From an uncultured Thermoleophilaceae bacterium (GTDB lineage Bacteria > Actinomycetota > Thermoleophilia > Solirubrobacterales > Thermoleophilaceae): a DNA stretch of 64,000 nucleotides. The translations under genes and the position numbers were made by a program. Positions 47,348-57,524 of this stretch are shown here, in pieces. Where the stretch lies: the NCBI GenBank assembly GCA_963810745.1, contig CAWEOW010000025.1:649-64648 (forward strand). The letters run 5' to 3'. Under the pieces are notes generated by a model that saw nothing but the letters and a program-made list of their open reading frames with translations, searched no databases and was not told the origin of the DNA. Numbering within the stretch: position 1 is the first letter of the stretch; each line of letters opens with the position of its first letter.

Positions 47348-49751
47348 CTACGCGGCCTGGACACCGGAAAGTGCGGGCGCGGGCTCCAACGCCTCGGCGA
47401 TGCACCTGCTCGACCGAGTCGACGAAGAGGAACTCCACGTCTTCCTTCAGATGCTGGGGAAACTCCTCCAGGTCCGCCTCGTTGCGGCTCGGCGCGATGA
47501 CCCGGGTGAGCTCCGCGCGCTGCGCTGCGAGGGCCTTCTCCTTGAGCCCGCCGATGGGCAGCACCTGGCCCGTGAGCGTGACCTCGCCGGTCATCGCGGT
47601 GTCCGAGCGGACGGGGCGCCGCGTGAGCATCGAGGCCAGCGCCGTGGTCATCGTGATGCCCGCGCTGGGGCCGTCCTTGGGGATGGCGCCCGCGGGCACG
47701 TGGAGGTGGATGTCGTGCTCGCGGAACCACTGGTCGGTGTGCTCGGAGCCCAGCGTCTCGAAGTGGCCCTTCACCCACGACAGCGCGGCCGAGGCCGACT
47801 CCTTCATCACGTCGCCCAGCTGGCCGGTGATCTGCAGCTTGCCCTCGCCGGGGTAGGCGGCCGCCTCCACGAACAGCACGTCGCCGCCCACCGGAGTCCA
47901 GGCCAGGCCGGTGGCCACGCCGGGCTCGTCCGTGCGCCGGCCCACGTCCTCCTCGAACTTGCGCTTGCCCAGCAGCTCGCGCACCTGCTTGGGACGGATC
48001 GTGCGCTTGGAGCGCCGCGTCCCCTCGGCGTACTCGCGCGCGACCTTGCGGCACACCGAGCCGATCTCGCGCTCGAGGTTGCGGACTCCGGCCTCGCGCG
48101 TGTAGCCGTCGATGATCTGGGCCAGCGCGTCGTCGGTGAACTCGATCTTCGACCGGCCCAGCCCGTTGCGCTCCACCTGGCGCGGCACGAGGTAGCGCTT
48201 GGCGATCTCCAGCTTCTCCTCCTGCGTGTAGCCGGAGAGCTCGATCACCTCCATGCGGTCGCGCAAGGGGGCCGGGATCGTGTCGAGCTGGTTCGCCGTG
48301 GTGATGAAGAAGCAGCTCGAGAGGTCGAAGGCCAGATCGAGGTAGTGGTCGCGGAAGCTCGTGTTCTGCTCGGGGTCGAGCACCTCGAGCATCGCGCTGG
48401 AGGGATCGCCGCGGAAGTCCGCGCCCATCTTGTCGATCTCGTCGATCATCAGGACCGGGTTGTTGGACTCCGCGTCGCGCAGCGCGCGGATGATCGCCCC
48501 CGGCATCGCGCCGATGTAGGTGCGCCGGTGACCGCGGATCTCCGACTCGTCGCGCACGCCGCCCACCGACAGACGCTCGAAGGCGCGGCCCATCGCCGTG
48601 GCCACCGACTTGCCCAGCGAGGTCTTGCCCACGCCCGGCGGGCCGACGAAGCAGAGGATCGAGGAGCGCGCGTCGTCCTTGAGCTTGCGGACGGCGAGGA
48701 ACTCCAGGATGCGGTCCTTCACGCGCTCGATGTCGTAGTGGTCGGCGTCGAGCACCTCGCGCGCATGCGCGAGGTCGAGGTTGTCCTCGGTGGACTTCGC
48801 CCACGGCAGCCCGGCCAGCCACTCGAGGTAGGTCCGGATCACCCCGTGCTCGGCCGACTGCGGCGGCAGGCGCTCGAAGCGCTGCAGCTCGCGCTCGGCC
48901 TGCTTGAGGGCGTGCTCGGGCAGGCTCGCCGCCTCGATCTGCTCGCGCAGCTCGGACGCCTCGGCGGCCTGCTCGTCGGTCTCGCCCAGCTCCTCCTGGA
49001 TCGCCTTGAGCTGCTGGCGCAGGTAGTACTCGCGCTGGCCGCGGTCCATCTCGGACTGCACCTGCGACTGGATCTGGGTCCCCAGCGAGACCACCTCCAG
49101 CTCGCGCGCGAGGAACTCCGAGAGCCGGCGCAGCCGCTTGGCCACGTCGCGCTCCTCGAGCAGCTCCTGCTTCTCCGCGGTGTCGATCCGCAGCGCGCCG
49201 GCGATCATGTGCGCCAGCTCGGCGGGGTCCTCGACGTTCGCCACCGCCACCTGCAGCTCCTCGGGCAGGTAGGGAACCTGCTCGATGATCTGGGTGAAGG
49301 TGCTCTGCACGTTGCGGTGCAGGGCCTGGAGCTCCGTGGAGGGCTCGATCTCGTCGGGGAGCTCGGTGATCTTCGCCACCAGGTAGGGCTCGGTGGCGAC
49401 GTAGTCGCCGAGCAGCACCCGCTGGCCGCCGTTGACCAGGATCCGCAGCGAGCCGTCGGGCACCTTGATCATGCGGGCCACCACGCCCGAGACGCCGACG
49501 TCGTACAGCTGCTCGGGCCCGGGCTCCTCGAGCTCGGGGTCGCGGGAGGCGACCATCGTGAGCATCCGGTCGCCGCCCAGCACGTCGTTGACGAGCTGGA
49601 CCGAGCGCTCCTGGCCCACGGCCAGGGGGATCAGCATGTTCGGGAAGGGGACGCTCTCGCGCAGCGGCAGCACGGGCAGCGCGTCCGGGAGGCCGCTCCC
49701 GACGGGGACCTCGTGGAACTCGCCGTCGCCGGAGGGCACGTGGATGCTCAC
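47348..49751 (-). CDS. lon: ATP-dependent Lon protease (LonA type), one frame break near 47402
   Basis: LON N-domain ([26 protein letters not shown]), Walker [14 protein letters not shown], Walker [10 protein letters not shown] and S16 protease [15 protein letters not shown]. The final residues continue one frame over (own translation [20 protein letters not shown] at 47348). GTG start overlaps the hsp20 stop. Confidence 0.93.
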
Positions 49752-50192
49752 GACCCGCCCTCCTCGATCGGCACCTTGCGGGCCGGCTGGTCGCGGCGGG
49801 CGAGCGGGACCTCGACGCGCAGGATCCCGTCGTCGTAGGAGGCCTTGGCCTCGTCGGCCAGGACGTCCGCTCCCAGCTCGACCACCCGGCGGAAGACGCC
49901 CTGCTCGATCTCCAGCTGCTGGTAGAGGCGGGCCCCCTCCTCCACCGTCCGCCGCTCACCGGCGATCACCAGCTGCCGCCCGCGGATCTCCAGGCCGAGG
50001 CGCTCGGGGTCCACCCCCGCCAGCTCGGCGCGCACCACCGCGCGCGGCGGGTCGTCGCGGTAGAGCACGTCGACCGAGGGGACGAAGCCGCGACCGCGCA
50101 GCCCGGAGCGGTCGAAGACGTCGCCGAACAGCTGGTCGATGTCCCGCCGCATCCGCTCGAAGCCCGGCGAACAGGTCGCGCTCGGAGCTCAC
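49748..50192 (-). CDS. Hsp20/alpha-crystallin family small heat-shock protein, one frame break near 50160
   Basis: GTG 50192 overlaps the upstream TGA (GTGA). (M)SSERDLFAG, then ORF 49748..50152 (FERMRRDIDQLFGDVF...VPSVDVLYRDDPPRAVVRAELAGVDPERLGLEIRGRQLVIAGERR...FRRVVELGADVLADEAKASYDDGILRVEVPL). Confidence 0.85.
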
Positions 50193-50987
50193 GGGATCTC
50201 CGCCACGAAGCCCTCGACGGCCATGTCGACGCGTCCCGAGAAGGTGCGCCGCGCCTCGTCGCGGGCCCAGGTGGCGTCCAGCTCGTCCGAGATGTGGGTG
50301 AGCAGCACCCGCTTCACCTTCGCGTCCTCGGCGTGCTCGCCCGCCTCGCCGGGGGTCAGGTGGCCGCGCACCCCGGTGCGCTCGGGCCGGGGCAGGGTGG
50401 CCTCGATCACCAGCAGGTCGGCGTCCTCGGCGAACTCCTTCAACGAGTCGGTCGGGCTGGTGTCGGCGCCGTAGACGATGCGCCCCTTGCCCTTCTTCGA
50501 GCTCAGGCACATCGCGTAGGTCTCCATGAAGTGGGGCACCGCGCGGAAGGTGACCACGACGTCGCCGATCTCCAGCTCGCGACTGCGCCTCGTACTCGCG
50601 CATGTCGAAGGCGTTCTCGATGAGGTCCTCGTTGCCCCAGGCCCCGACGACCCGCCGGAAGACCTCGGTCGCGCCGGGCGGCACGTGCAGCTCGGGCTTG
50701 GCCGGGTCGTCGGTGCCCGGCCACGGGGGGACCGGAACGGGCTGCTGGCGGGGCGCGTAGGTGAGCGCGTAGGAGTACGGAACGAGATCCAGGAAATGAT
50801 CGGCGTGGAGATGGGAGACGACTACCGCGTCCACGTCGACGTAATCGACCTGCTCACGCAGCTTGGCGAACACGCCGTTGCCGCAGTCGACGAGCAGGCG
50901 CGTGTCCTCCTCCTCGATCAAGTAGCCGGAGCAGGCGCCGCCGGCGTCCTGCCAGGACGGAGACTTCCCGAGAACCGTCAGCCGCAT
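50189..50987 (-). CDS. MBL-fold metallo-hydrolase, one frame break near 50575
   Basis: ORF 49956..50987 N-terminal part (MRLTVLGKSPSWQDAGGACSGYLIEEEDTRLLVDCGNGV...VVVSHLHADHFLDL). ORF 50189..50557 gives the C-terminal part (VVTFRAVPHFMETYAMCL...LLVIEATL...GHLTPGEAGEHA...RVLLTHIS). Confidence 0.85.
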
Positions 50988-51015
50988 GGCGACAGTATCT
51001 CGCGGCGAGGAGTTC

Positions 51016-51249
51016 TCAGGCGCCCGAAGCTGCGCCCGGCGCCGGGGGGAAGGCGTAGGCGGAGTGCGTGCGCTCGGCCCGGAAGACGAACGAGAGCTGA
51101 CGCTCGGGGGCGAGGCCCCGCTCGGCCGGCCGGAAGGTCGGGCAGGGCTTGCCCCCCGTCAGCGCGCACAGCATCTGCTGGTGGAAGAAGCAGTCCTGGC
51201 AACGGGCCGCCTTCTGGGTCTTCGGCTTGGGCACGGGTCGAGAGTGCAA
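51016..51249 (-). CDS. possible small Cys-rich protein at the head of the MBL-hsp20-lon operon
   Basis: Part of ORF 51016..51396 from TTG 51249 or GTG 51234. ...(M)PKPKTQKAARCQDCFFHQQMLCALTGGKPCPTFRPAERGLAPERQLSFVFRAERTH... has a CxxC...C...C pattern. The stop is 29 nt before the MBL start. Support is composition and position only. Confidence 0.4.
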   Translation of the reverse strand: MHSRPVPKPKTQKAARCQDCFFHQQMLCALTGGKPCPTFRPAERGLAPERQLSFVFRAERTHSAYAFPPAPGAASGA

Positions 51250-51281
51250 CAGGTTCGCCCCCCTCGCCAGTCCGCGAATCC

Positions 51282-51319
51282 GGAAAACGGCGCTTTTCCG
51301 TTTTCCTGCAATATGCAGG
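51282..51319. promoter_or_regulatory. two adjacent palindromes in an AT-rich divergent intergenic region: GGAAAACGG-N7-CCGTTTTCC and CCTGCA-ATA-TGCAGG
   Basis: Plus strand 51281-51319 is CGGAAAACGGCGCTTTTCCGTTTTCCTGCAATATGCAGG. It lies between the small Cys-rich ORF / lon operon (minus) and the NAD(P)-binding gene (plus). Confidence 0.4.
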
Positions 51320-51367
51320 TTGTTCGCACATTGCCCCGGTCTTTGCGGGCTTTGGCTGCGTACCTCT

Positions 51368-52288
51368 ATGACCATGGAACTCGTTGCCGGAGCCACCGGC
51401 TATGTCGGAGAGCGCCTGCTCGAGCGCCTCTCATCGGAAGGCCGGCCCGTCCGCGGGCTGGCGCGCGACGCCTCGCGCGTGACCCCGCTGGACGGCGTGG
51501 AGCCCGTCGAGGCGGACCTGCTCGCCGGCGAGGGGCTGGACGAGGCGCTCGACGGCGTGGGCACCGCCTACTACCTCGTGCACTCGATGGAGGCCGCCGA
51601 GGACGACGACTTCGCCGAGCGCGACCGCCGCATGGCCCGCCGCTTCGGCGAGGCCGCGCGTGACGCCGGGGTGGAGCGCATCGTCTACCTGGGCGGCATG
51701 GCGCCCAACGGCAACGAGTCGCGCCACCTGCGCTCGCGCCTCGAGGTCGAGCAGATCCTGCTCGACCTCGTCCCCGACTCGACCTCCCTGCGCGCCTCGA
51801 TCGTCATCGGCTCCGGCTCGTCCTCGTTCCGGGTCCTGGTCAGGCTGGTCGAGCGCCTGCGGGTCCTCCCCATGCCGGCCTGGAACCGCAACCGCACGCA
51901 GCCGATCGACGAGCGCGACGTGATCGAGTACCTCGCCCGCACCCCCTCGGTCCCCGGCGCCGCGGGCCGGGCGCTCGACATCGCCGGGCCGGACGTGCTG
52001 GCCTACGGCGAGATGCTGGAGCGGATCGCGGAGATGATGGGCGTCGGCCGGACGGCCCTCGGCCTCAAGGCGTCGCTCACACCGCCCGCCAGCGCGGTGG
52101 TGGCCGCCGTGACCGGCCAGCCGCTGCAGCTGGTGCGCCCGCTCATGGAGAGCCTGGAGTCCGAGATCCTGCCCCGCGACCCCGAGGAGGCCGCGCATCT
52201 CTACGGGATCCGCCCGCGGAGCTTCGACCGCGCCGTGGAGCACGCGCTGGGCGAGTGGGAAGCGGTCGAGCCGCTGGGTGCGCGATGA
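51368..52288 (+). CDS. NAD(P)H-binding (NmrA/atypical SDR-like) protein
   Basis: ORF 51149..52288 trimmed to ATG 51368. MTMELVAGATGYVGERLLERLSSEGRPVRGLARD (Rossmann GxxGxxG)...AYYLVHSM...IVYLGG...LRASIVIG. Confidence 0.85.
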   Translation: MTMELVAGATGYVGERLLERLSSEGRPVRGLARDASRVTPLDGVEPVEADLLAGEGLDEALDGVGTAYYLVHSMEAAEDDDFAERDRRMARRFGEAARDAGVERIVYLGGMAPNGNESRHLRSRLEVEQILLDLVPDSTSLRASIVIGSGSSSFRVLVRLVERLRVLPMPAWNRNRTQPIDERDVIEYLARTPSVPGAAGRALDIAGPDVLAYGEMLERIAEMMGVGRTALGLKASLTPPASAVVAAVTGQPLQLVRPLMESLESEILPRDPEEAAHLYGIRPRSFDRAVEHALGEWEAVEPLGAR

Positions 52289-52716
52289 AGGTCGAGCGCT
52301 CGATGCAGCTGGACGCCGAACCGAATGACGTGCGTGAGGTGGTCATGGACCCCGAGCGCCTCGGTGACTGGGTGTCCATCCACCAGCACCTGGAGGACTC
52401 ACCCAACGGCCAGCTGCGCAAGGGCTCGGAGCTCACCCAGTGCCTCAAGCTCGCCGGCCGGAAGTTCAAGGTCACCTGGAAGGTGACTGAGAACACACCA
52501 GAAAAGGTGGTGTGGGAAGGAAAGGGTCCCATGCGTACAACCGCCAAGGTGGTGTACGAGTTCGAGGCCAGAGACGGTGGTACGTGCTTCAACTACCTGA
52601 ATGAGTACAACCTCCCCGGCGGCGCTGTGGGCCGCATGGCGGGCCCCGCCGTCAAGCGCGTGACGGGTGGAGAGTTGAATAAATCATTGGAGAATCTGAA
52701 GAAGCTGGTCGAGTAA
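52285..52716 (+). CDS. SRPBCC-superfamily (polyketide cyclase/START-like) protein
   Basis: ATG 52285 overlaps the upstream TGA (ATGA). MKVERSMQLDAEPNDVREVVMDPERLGDWVSIHQHLED...KFKVTWKVTENTPEKVVWEGKGPMRTTAKVVYEFEARDGGTCFNYLNEY. Confidence 0.8.
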   Translation: MKVERSMQLDAEPNDVREVVMDPERLGDWVSIHQHLEDSPNGQLRKGSELTQCLKLAGRKFKVTWKVTENTPEKVVWEGKGPMRTTAKVVYEFEARDGGTCFNYLNEYNLPGGAVGRMAGPAVKRVTGGELNKSLENLKKLVE

Positions 52717-52731
52717 CTGTTACCGTTACTC
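52711..52731. promoter_or_regulatory. inverted repeat GAGTAAC-N7-GTTACTC (contains GTAAC-T-GTTAC) between the SRPBCC stop and the next ATG
   Basis: Plus strand is GAGTAACTGTTACCGTTACTCACATG. It could be a terminator stem or an operator for the downstream winged-helix gene. Confidence 0.4.
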
Positions 52732-52733
52732 AC

Positions 52734-53108
52734 ATGGCAGATTTCCTGAAGGACCAGCTACAGGCAATGGACGCCAGGCTGAAGGAGCTCAAGCCGCTGC
52801 ACGAGGAGTACCTCAAGCTCGAGCGCGCCAAGGCCGCACTCGAGGGGCTGGAGGCCCCCGCCAAGCGCGGCCCCGGTCGCCCGCGCGGTTCCACCTCCGG
52901 CAACGGCCGGCGGCGTCGCCGCCGGCGCCAGGGCGGCACGCGGGCACAGCAGGCGCTCGAGGTGGTGCGCCAGCAGCCCGGCGTCTCGGTGCGCGAGCTC
53001 TCGGAGAAGCTCGGCGTCAAGCACCCCAACTACATGTACCGCGTGATGAACGAGCTCGAGGGCGACGGCGCGGTGAAGAAGGAAGGCCGCGGCTACGTAG
53101 CCGCGTAA
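52734..53108 (+). CDS. small coiled-coil plus winged-helix DNA-binding protein
   Basis: MADFLKDQLQAMDARLKELKPLHEEYLKLERAKAALEGLE (coiled coil), GRRRRRRRQGG, then a wHTH (TRAQQALEVVRQQPGVSVRELSEKLGVKHPNYMYRVMNELEGDGAVKKEGRGY). Confidence 0.65.
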   Translation: MADFLKDQLQAMDARLKELKPLHEEYLKLERAKAALEGLEAPAKRGPGRPRGSTSGNGRRRRRRRQGGTRAQQALEVVRQQPGVSVRELSEKLGVKHPNYMYRVMNELEGDGAVKKEGRGYVAA

Positions 53109-53152
53109 GCGTCAGTAGCGGAACTTCGCCGCGCTCCGCGGGTTGGCGGGGC

Positions 53153-54197
53153 GTGGTGAAGCGGCTGCTCCTCATGCTCATCGCTGCCGGCGCGCTCGCG
53201 CCCGCAGCCCAGGCCGCGCCCGTGCGCACCGACGGACCCGAACCCGTCGGTCAGCACCGTGGCGAGCGGGCTCGACCACCCCTGGGAGATGGCCTTCCTG
53301 CCCGACGGCAGCTCGCTGGTCTCCGAGCGTCCGGGGCGCCTGCGCTTCGTCAGCAAGGAGCGGCGGCTGAGCGGGCGGGTCGTGGCCCGCTTCGAACGTC
53401 TCCGGCGGAGAGGGCGGGCTCCTCGGCGTGGCGGTCGACCCGCGCTTCTCGCGCAACCGCTACGTGTACCTCTTCCGCACCACCGAGCGCGGCGCCGCGC
53501 TGGTCCGCTACCGCTTCGTGCGCCGGCGGCTGCGCAGCAAGCGCACGCTGTTCGGCGGCATCAGCGTCAACCGCATCCACAACGGCGGCCGCCTGAAGTT
53601 CGGCCCGGGCCGCCGCCTCTACCTCACCACCGGCGACAGCGCCGAACCCCAGCACCGCCCAGAGCAGCCGGCTCGCGCAACGGCAAGTTCCTGGCGCTGA
53701 GCCGCCGGCAGGTGCTCGGCCGCGGCGGGCGCCCGGCGGTCGTCTCCAAGGGCCACCGCAACCCGCAGGGCTTCGCCTTCAGCCCCCGGCGCAGGACGCT
53801 GTTCGCCACCGAGCACGGGTCCACCGGCTGCGACGAGGTCAACGTCATCCGACGCGGCCTCAACTACGGCTGGCCGCTGATCCGCTGCGCGGCGAGCGCG
53901 CCGGGCCTGGTCCGCCCACTGACCTTCTACCCGAGCTCGATCGCGCCTTCGGGAGCCACCTTCGTGACCCAGGGCGGATCGTCCTGGAGCGGCGACTTCC
54001 TGTTCGGCGCGCTGCGCGGCCGGCACATCCGCCGCCTCACGATCACCAACGGAGCGGTGACCCGCAACCAGGCGCTGTTCCGCGGCGACTTCGGCCGCGT
54101 GCGCAACGTGGTCGAGGGCCCCGACGGCGCCCTCTACGCGCTGACCGACAACGGCGGCAACGACCGGATACTCCGGATCGTGCCGCCGCGCGGCTGA
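53153..54197 (+). pseudogene. PQQ-dependent sugar (glucose/sorbosone) dehydrogenase, reading frame broken about three times
   Basis: Signal peptide in ORF 53153 frame (VKRLLLMLIAAGALAPAAQAAP). Next the ORF 53259 frame (VASGLDHPWEMAFLPDGSSLVSERPGRLRFV), then the ORF 53428 frame (GLLGVAVDPRFSRNRYVYLFRTT...IHNGGRLKFGPGRRLYLTTGDS). It returns to the 53259 frame (GKFLAL...GHRNPQGFAFSP...LFATEHG...DEVNVIRRGLNYGWP...YALTDN). Breaks lie near 53240, 53400 and 53660. Confidence 0.8.
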
Positions 54198-54204
54198 CGC
54201 GGGG

Positions 54205-55188
54205 CTAGCCCAGCAGGTCCTTGACGGTCTCGCGCTCCTGCGCGAGCTCGTCGACCGTCGCCTTGATGCGCTCCTTGGAGAAGTCGTGCAGCTCGATGCC
54301 CTGCACGATCTCGTACTCGCCGTTCTTGGTCGTGACCGGGAACGACGAGATCAGGCCCTCGGGCACGTCGTAGGAGCCGTCGCTGGGCACGGCCATCGAG
54401 ACCCACTCGTCGCCGGTGCCGAGCACCCAGTCGTGCACGTGGTCGATGGCGGCGTTGGCGGCCGAGGCGGCGCTGGAGGCGCCGCGGGCCTTGATGATCG
54501 CCCCGCCGCGGCCGGCGACCGTGGGGATGAAGTCGTTCTCCAGCCAGTCCTGGTCCTGGTCCACCGCGTCCCAGGCCGGGACGTCGTCGACCTTCGCGCT
54601 GAAGACGTCGGGGTACATCGTGTTCGAGTGGTTGCCCCACACCGCGAGGTTGTGGACGTTGGCGACCAGGTCGTTGGCCTTGCGGGCCAGCTGGGTCATC
54701 GCCCGGTTCTGGTCGAGCCGGGTCATCGCGGTGAAGCGCTCGCGCGGCACGTCGGGCGCGTTCTGCTGGGCGATCAGGCAGTTGGTGTTGGCCGGGTTGC
54801 CGACCACGAGCACCTTGATGTCGTCCGCGGCGCCGGCGTTGATGGCCTCACCCTGCGGCTTGAAGATGCCGCCGTTGGCCTCGAGCAGGTCGGAGCGGTC
54901 CATGCCCTCGCCGCGCGGCTTGGCGCCCACCAAGAGGGCGACGTTGCAGCCGTTGAAGGCCTCCTTCTGGTCGTCGGTGACCTCGACCTCGCGCAGGAGC
55001 GGGAAGGCGCAGTCGTCGATCTCCATGGCGGTGCCCTCGGCGGCCTTCACCGCGTCGGGGATCTCCAGCAGGGTCAGCTTGACCGGGGTGTCGGGGCCCA
55101 GCAGGTCGCCGCTGGCCGCGCGGAAGAGCAGCGCGTAGCCGATGGCGCCCGCGGCGCCGGTGACGGTGACGTTCACGGGTTCGCTCAC
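54205..55188 (-). CDS. mdh: malate dehydrogenase (LDH-like MDH)
   Basis: (M)[30 protein letters not shown]...[20 protein letters not shown]...[13 protein letters not shown]...TRLDQNRA...[15 protein letters not shown] start overlaps the icd stop. Confidence 0.95.
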   Translation of the reverse strand: MSEPVNVTVTGAAGAIGYALLFRAASGDLLGPDTPVKLTLLEIPDAVKAAEGTAMEIDDCAFPLLREVEVTDDQKEAFNGCNVALLVGAKPRGEGMDRSDLLEANGGIFKPQGEAINAGAADDIKVLVVGNPANTNCLIAQQNAPDVPRERFTAMTRLDQNRAMTQLARKANDLVANVHNLAVWGNHSNTMYPDVFSAKVDDVPAWDAVDQDQDWLENDFIPTVAGRGGAIIKARGASSAASAANAAIDHVHDWVLGTGDEWVSMAVPSDGSYDVPEGLISSFPVTTKNGEYEIVQGIELHDFSKERIKATVDELAQERETVKDLLG

Positions 55189-56402
55189 TTGTTCATCTCC
55201 TTCTGAAGGTTCTCTTCGATCGCCGAGAGGAAGTCCTCGGTGTTCAGGAAGTCCTGATCCTCACCCACCAGGAGGGCGAGGTCCTTGGTCATCTTTCCGC
55301 TCTCGACCGTCTTCACGCACGTGTTCTCGAGCGCCTCGGCGAAGTCGCACACCTCGGGCGTCTCGTCGAGGCGCCCGCGCGCGCCGATCCCGCGGGTCCA
55401 GGCGTAGATCGAGGCGATCGGGTTCGTGGAGGTCTCCTCGCCCTCCTGATGGCGGCGGAAGTGGCGCGTGACGGTGCCGTGGGCGGCCTCGGCCTCGACG
55501 GTCTTGCCGTCGGGGGACATCAACACGCTGGTCATCAGCCCCAGTGAGCCGAAGCCCTGGGCCACGGTGTCGGACTGCACGTCGCCGTCGTAGTTCTTGC
55601 ACGCCCACACGTAGCCGCCCTCCCACTTCAGGGCGGCGGCCACCATGTCGTCGATCAGCCGGTGCTCGTACGTGAGCCCCTTCTCCTCGAAGTCGGACTT
55701 GAACTCCGAGTCGTAGACCTCCTGGAACAGGTCCTTGAAGCGCCCGTCGTACTTCTTCAGGATCGTGTTCTTGGTCGACATGTAGACCGGGTACTCGCGG
55801 TCGAGCCCGTAGCGGAACGAGGCCCGCGCGAAGTCGCGGATCGACTCGTCGAGGTTGTACATCGCCAGGGCGACTCCACCGCCGGGGAAGTCGAAGACGT
55901 CGATCTCGATCGGGTCGTCGCCGTTCTTGGGCGTGAAGGTCAGGGTGAGCTTCCCCTCGCCCTCCACGACGAGGTCCTCGGCGCGGTACTGGTCGCCGAA
56001 GGCGTGACGGCCGATGATGATCGGCTCGGTCCACCCGGGCACGAGCCGCGGGATGTTGGAGATCACGATCGGCTCGCGGAAGATGACCCCGCCGAGGATG
56101 TTGCGGATCGTCCCGTTGGGCGAGCGGTACATCTCCTTGAGGCCGAACTCCTCGACGCGAGCCTCGTCGGGGGTGATCGTGGCGCACTTCACGCCCACCC
56201 CGTGCTCCTTGATCGCGTTGGCCGCGTCGACGGTGACCTGGTCTTCCGTCTCGTCGCGGTTCTCGATGCCGAGGTCGTAGTACTTCAGGTCGACGTCGAG
56301 GTAGGGCAGGATCAGCTGCTCCTTGATGTAGGACCAGATGACGTGGGTCATCTCGTCGCCGTCGAGCTCGACGATGGGGTTCTCGACCTTGATCTTCGCC
56401 AT
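55185..56402 (-). CDS. icd: NADP-dependent isocitrate dehydrogenase (405-aa eukaryote-like type)
   Basis: ORF 55185..56591 trimmed to ATG 56402. [57 protein letters not shown]...[12 protein letters not shown]...[12 protein letters not shown]...[10 protein letters not shown]...AHGTVTRH. Confidence 0.95.
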   Translation of the reverse strand: MAKIKVENPIVELDGDEMTHVIWSYIKEQLILPYLDVDLKYYDLGIENRDETEDQVTVDAANAIKEHGVGVKCATITPDEARVEEFGLKEMYRSPNGTIRNILGGVIFREPIVISNIPRLVPGWTEPIIIGRHAFGDQYRAEDLVVEGEGKLTLTFTPKNGDDPIEIDVFDFPGGGVALAMYNLDESIRDFARASFRYGLDREYPVYMSTKNTILKKYDGRFKDLFQEVYDSEFKSDFEEKGLTYEHRLIDDMVAAALKWEGGYVWACKNYDGDVQSDTVAQGFGSLGLMTSVLMSPDGKTVEAEAAHGTVTRHFRRHQEGEETSTNPIASIYAWTRGIGARGRLDETPEVCDFAEALENTCVKTVESGKMTKDLALLVGEDQDFLNTEDFLSAIEENLQKEMNK

Positions 56403-56441
56403 GGGGCGGGAGTATTTACCAGGCTGGGGTAGAACCACCGC

Positions 56442-57520
56442 GTGCCCACTTCGCCCGAGGCCGCCGCCGAGCCCATCCCCGAGGAGTTCACCGCCTCGCG
56501 GATGGGGCGCTCGGTGCTGCTCGTCGTGCTCATCGTGGCCGTCGGTGGTCGCTCTGCTCGTGCTGCTCCCGGGACTGGCGTCGTTGCGCAAGGCGCTTCG
56601 AGGGCGGCGATCCGTGGTGGCTCGCCTTCGCGGTCCTTCTCCAGGTGCTCTCCTGCGCGTCCTACGTGATCGCGTTCCGCACCGTCTTCTGTCAGAGGAT
56701 GAGCTGGCGGACGAGCTCCGAGATCGGCCTTTCCGAGCTGGCGGCCAACTCCGTCCTGTCCGTCGGAGGCGCCGGGGGCCTGGCCCTCGGGGCGTGGATC
56801 CTGCGCCGTGGCGGGGTCAGCGCCGGCCACATCGCCCGGCGCACAGTCGCCTTCTTCCTCCTGACCAGCCTGGTCAACGTCTCCTGCCTCGCCCTGGGCG
56901 GGCTGGGTCTGCTGACCGGCATATTTCCCAGCGACGCCTCAGTGGCGCTGTGCGTGATCCCCATCGTGGCCGGGCTGGGCGCCATCGCGCTGGCGCTGGC
57001 GGCCGGGCCGCTGACGGCGACGCTGGCGACGCGCTCGCGCTGGCCGCGCGTGGCCACGGGACTGCGCACGCTGAGCGAAGGCGTGAGCGAGGCCCTGTTC
57101 CTGCTCCGGGACCGCCAGCCCCAGCTCCTGATCGGCACCGCCGGCTACATGCTCCTCGACGTCGCGGTGCTGGGCGCCGGGTTCGCGGCCTTCGGCAACG
57201 ACGTTCCGGCCTTCGGCGTGCTCCTGGTGGCCTACATCCTGGGCCAGCTCGGCGGCCTGATCCCCCTCCCGGGCGGCATAGGCGGGGTCGACGGCGGCCT
57301 GATCGGGGTGCTCGTCCTCTACGGGGTCGACGCCGCCGACGCAGCGGTCGCGGTGATCGCCTACCGCGGCGTGCTGCTGGCCGTGCCCGCCCTGCTGGGC
57401 TTCCCGGCGCTGGCGCTGATCCGCCGCCGCCTGCGCCAGGAGACCCACGACATCGCGGCCTGCAACCCGGGTGAGCAGGTCGAGGTGCTCGGCCGCGGGC
57501 TCGTCCGCAAGCCGGCCTAG
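56442..57520 (+). CDS. lysylphosphatidylglycerol-synthase-TM-like (UPF0104, flippase-like) membrane protein, two frame breaks (near 56555 and 56610)
   Basis: ORF 56442..56669 start (...[17 protein letters not shown]). Next the ORF 56338 frame ([18 protein letters not shown]), then ORF 56645..57520 ([15 protein letters not shown]...[14 protein letters not shown]...[23 protein letters not shown]...). About 8 TM helices. Confidence 0.75.
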
Positions 57521-57524
57521 GCGG

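Noticed and set aside
47348-50192. Lon protease or MazG (19624..20260) as parts of a defence or toxin-antitoxin module.
   Set aside because: Lon is a full-length canonical LonA with N-domain, AAA+ and S16 domains, in a heat-shock-type operon. MazG sits in its conserved actinobacterial mfd-mazG-eno context with no mazEF-like partners.
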